A DNA stretch of 64,000 nucleotides from Tricharina praecox. Lineage: Eukaryota. Positions 61,238 to 64,000 of the stretch are shown here, piece after piece (the stretch's first letter is position 1; each line of letters starts with the position of its first letter). The stretch is from assembly GCF_024521635.1 (NCBI RefSeq), contig NW_026250448.1:62001-126000 (forward strand), written 5' to 3'. Below the pieces are notes generated by a model that worked only from the letters and a program-made list of their open reading frames with translations, was not told the origin of the DNA and searched no databases. A program made the translations under genes and the position numbers.

Positions 61238-64000
61238 GTAGTCCCTCCTAAGGCTCGAGTTCCCACGAGAGCAAGTTCGACTGGTCCAGGCTGCATGGGG
61301 TATCGTCGATGGAAGTCGTCCACAGCTTGTACTTCGGTAAGGTTCTCCTCTGGTTCCCATGATGGTGCCGCGTAGCCTCTCCATTTCACCAGGTACTGGA
61401 GTTTGCCCCTGAGGTTCCGGCTGTCGAGGACCTCTTCAACCTCCCATTCTTCCTGGTCGTCCACGATTACCGGCAGTGGGGGCAGTGGAATTTGTCCAGG
61501 GAAAGGATCATCGGAGGAGGCATGAAGGAGGGATACAGGAAATGTTCGGTGCTTCTGAACGGTGTCCGGGATGTCCAATTCGTAGGCGTGGGTTCCGATT
61601 GTCCGAATCACACGGTAGGGACCATGGTGTTTGTTTTCCAGCTTGCGACTGGGTCTCTCGGTGCGCCAGTTCCGACCATCCACCCATACCATGTCGCCTG
61701 GTTGGAAGGCTGGCGCAGGGGTTCGGTGTCGGTCGGAGTCGTCCTGTTGCCGTGCCTGGGCGTACCGCATTTCGCTGCGGGCGACGTCGTGGATTTGATG
61801 CAACCGTTCCGCCGCACTCTGAGCTTGATGTTCCTCCTTGGTGTCGACACGGATATCCAGCTCAAAGTCACACCGTGGGTGGTATCCTAGGTTAGCGAAG
61901 AATGGGGACAGGGTAGTCGTGTCGGAGACCTGGTTGTTGCCAGCGAATTCGGCCAAGAACAGGTAGTCGACCCAGTCATCCTGGAGGTAGCTGACGTACG
62001 CGCGGAGGTGCTGTTCCATGACGGCGTTCATCCGTTCGGTTTGGCCGTCAGTCTGGGGGTGGAAGGCAGTCGACAGGCGTGGCTCGATCTTGAGGCATGA
62101 GCATAGGTGTTTCCAGAATCTCGAGGCAAACTGGGGACCCCTATCCGAGACGATGGTTTCTGGCAACCCGTGGTACCTGAAAATCCGGTCGCAGAACAGC
62201 TCGGCCAGTCCTTCCGAGGTGATGGTCGTGGTACATGGTAGGAGATGGCGTTGCTTGGTCAGTCGGTCAACAAAAACACAGATGGCGTCAAACCCCTTTG
62301 AGGCCGGTAAGCCAGTGACAAAGTCGACTGAGATGTGTTGCCATGGCTTCTCGGGTACTGGGAGGGGGCGCAGGACACCATAGGGTGCGTGCCGGGTGGC
62401 CTTGGTTCGCCGGCAGGTGTGGCAGTTTCGGACAAACTGGTCGACGTCCTTTCGCATCTGTGGCCAGTAGTACCTTCGAGCAAGTAGTTCCAGGGTTTTC
62501 GCGCGCCCTGGGTGCCCCATGGTCGGTGGGTCGTGGTGGTCCTGGATCAGTCGTAGTCGGAGTCGGCCGTACTCTGGAACGTAGAGGCAGTCTCGGTAGA
62601 TCAGTTGCCCGTTGACTTCGCGGCATTCGGCCAAGGAGATCTCCTTTGAATGGCGTGTACCATTTCGGAGTAGCTCGAGGATTCGATTCGGGACGGGGTC
62701 TATGTCGTAGCCTTCCGTTATCAGTGACGTGAGGAGGGGACGGTGTTGTTCGGGTGTGTTGGTTGCTGCCAACCGGAGCTCTTCCGGTAGGTTGTCTGGT
62801 TTCAGAACTGCCTGCTGGTTGTCAAGCAATCTTTCATCCCCTTCTTTAGGGAGGTCTCCTGACCTCCTGGTCAGTGCATTCGGTTTTCCTCCCGCTTTGC
62901 CTGGTCGGTAGACAATCTTGAAATGGAAACGGGAAAGGAACTCTGACCATCGCGCCTGTCGTCGGTTGAGTAGTTTCGTTGTCATGAAATACTCCAGATT
63001 CTTGTGGTCGCTTAGGACTTGGATGGGGTGAGGAGCGCCCTCCAGATGTGGTCTTCACTCCTCAAAGGCGCGGACGATTGCGAGGAGTTCTTTGTCGTAG
63101 ATCTCGTAGTTGCATTCTGCCGGGGAGTGTTTCTTGGAATAGAATGCCACTGGGTGCAGAATTCCCTCGTCGTCGTACTGAGATAGGACGCCGGCAGAGA
63201 CGTAGTCGGAGGCGTCAGTTTCCACTACTATCTGCCGATCGTAGTCGAAGTGCCGGAGGATCGGGGCCGAGGTGAATGCTGTTTTTAGTTCGTCGAATGC
63301 TTTCTGCTGTTCCGGTCCCCACACGAAGGGAACATACTTTCCATCCTCCTTCTTGGTCAATGCTGTCAATGGGGATACCACCTTGGAATAGTCTTGGATG
63401 AATCGCCGGTAGAAGTTCGCAAATCCCAGAAAGCATTGCACATCGGTGACGGTACTCGGCTCCTCCCATTCCAGTATGCAGGAGACTTTCGCTGGGTCCA
63501 TCTTGATCCCGTTTGTTGTAATGATCAGTCCCAAATACTTGACTTCCGTCTGGTGGAAATGACATTTTTCGGGTTTGAGATGTAGACCGACTGCTGATAA
63601 GGCCTGAAGTACTTTCCTGACATGTTTCCGGTGTTCATCTAAGGATCCGCTGTAAATGAAGACGTCATCGATGAATGCGGTACAGAAGCCGTCGAGGAAC
63701 GGGCGTAGCACATCGTTGATCAGAGCTTGGAAGTCGGCAGGGGCGTTGGTGAGGTCGAAGGGCATGACGAGGGATTCGAAGAGCCCGTAGCGTGTCCGGA
63801 AGGCAGTTTTCCACTCTTCTCCTTCCGCCATCCGCACAAGGTTGTAGGCACCGCGGATATCCAGGGTGGTGAAGTATTTCGCCCCGGATAGCCGCATCAG
63901 AGTTTCTTGGAGGAGTGGGAGTGGGTACCTGTTCTTGATTGTTCCTTCGTTCAGGCCCCTGTAATCCACACACAGGCGTAGGGAGCCGTCCGATTTCTTG
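61087..64000 (-). mobile_element. pol: Ty3/Gypsy chromovirus element 1 pol (RT-RNaseH-IN-chromodomain) with one in-frame stop; runs off the window
   Basis: RT DYRGLN..KTAFRT..FIDDV; RNase[45 protein letters not shown]; chromodomain EWEVEEV..YLVKWRGY. Both ORFs are in the same frame, split by TGA at 63055-63057. Confidence 0.95.

Noticed and set aside
1..64000. tRNA, rRNA or other structured ncRNA genes
   Set aside because: None recognised by eye; tRNAscan-SE or Infernal would be needed to exclude them.

Overview
Intron-rich fungal (filamentous ascomycete-like) genomic DNA; most ORFs in the six-frame track are exon fragments or spurious. Splicing by hand (GT..AG, CTRAC/CTRAT branch sites) gives a paralog cluster over about 5-57 kb. 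It holds nine von Willebrand A (vWA/MIDAS, RfeF-like) modules in eight genes that share the same intron positions. Interleaved with them are four genes in two subfamilies whose C-termini have a CorA-like two-TM segment lacking the GMN motif. One gene is a predicted tandem vWA-vWA fusion (30.3-33.2 kb) and one a predicted vWA::CorA-like fusion (53.5-57.4 kb), which links the two families. Most vWA genes share an upstream TACTTAAGTGGG element. Also present: a flavin-containing monooxygenase, a tandem pair of His/Arg/Asp-rich repeat-protein genes (one degenerating), several non-coding dispersed repeats and MITE-like ends, and a nested stack of chromodomain-bearing Ty3/Gypsy LTR elements at 58-64 kb. 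Gene models and family assignments come from manual reading and motif recall; no database searches were run.
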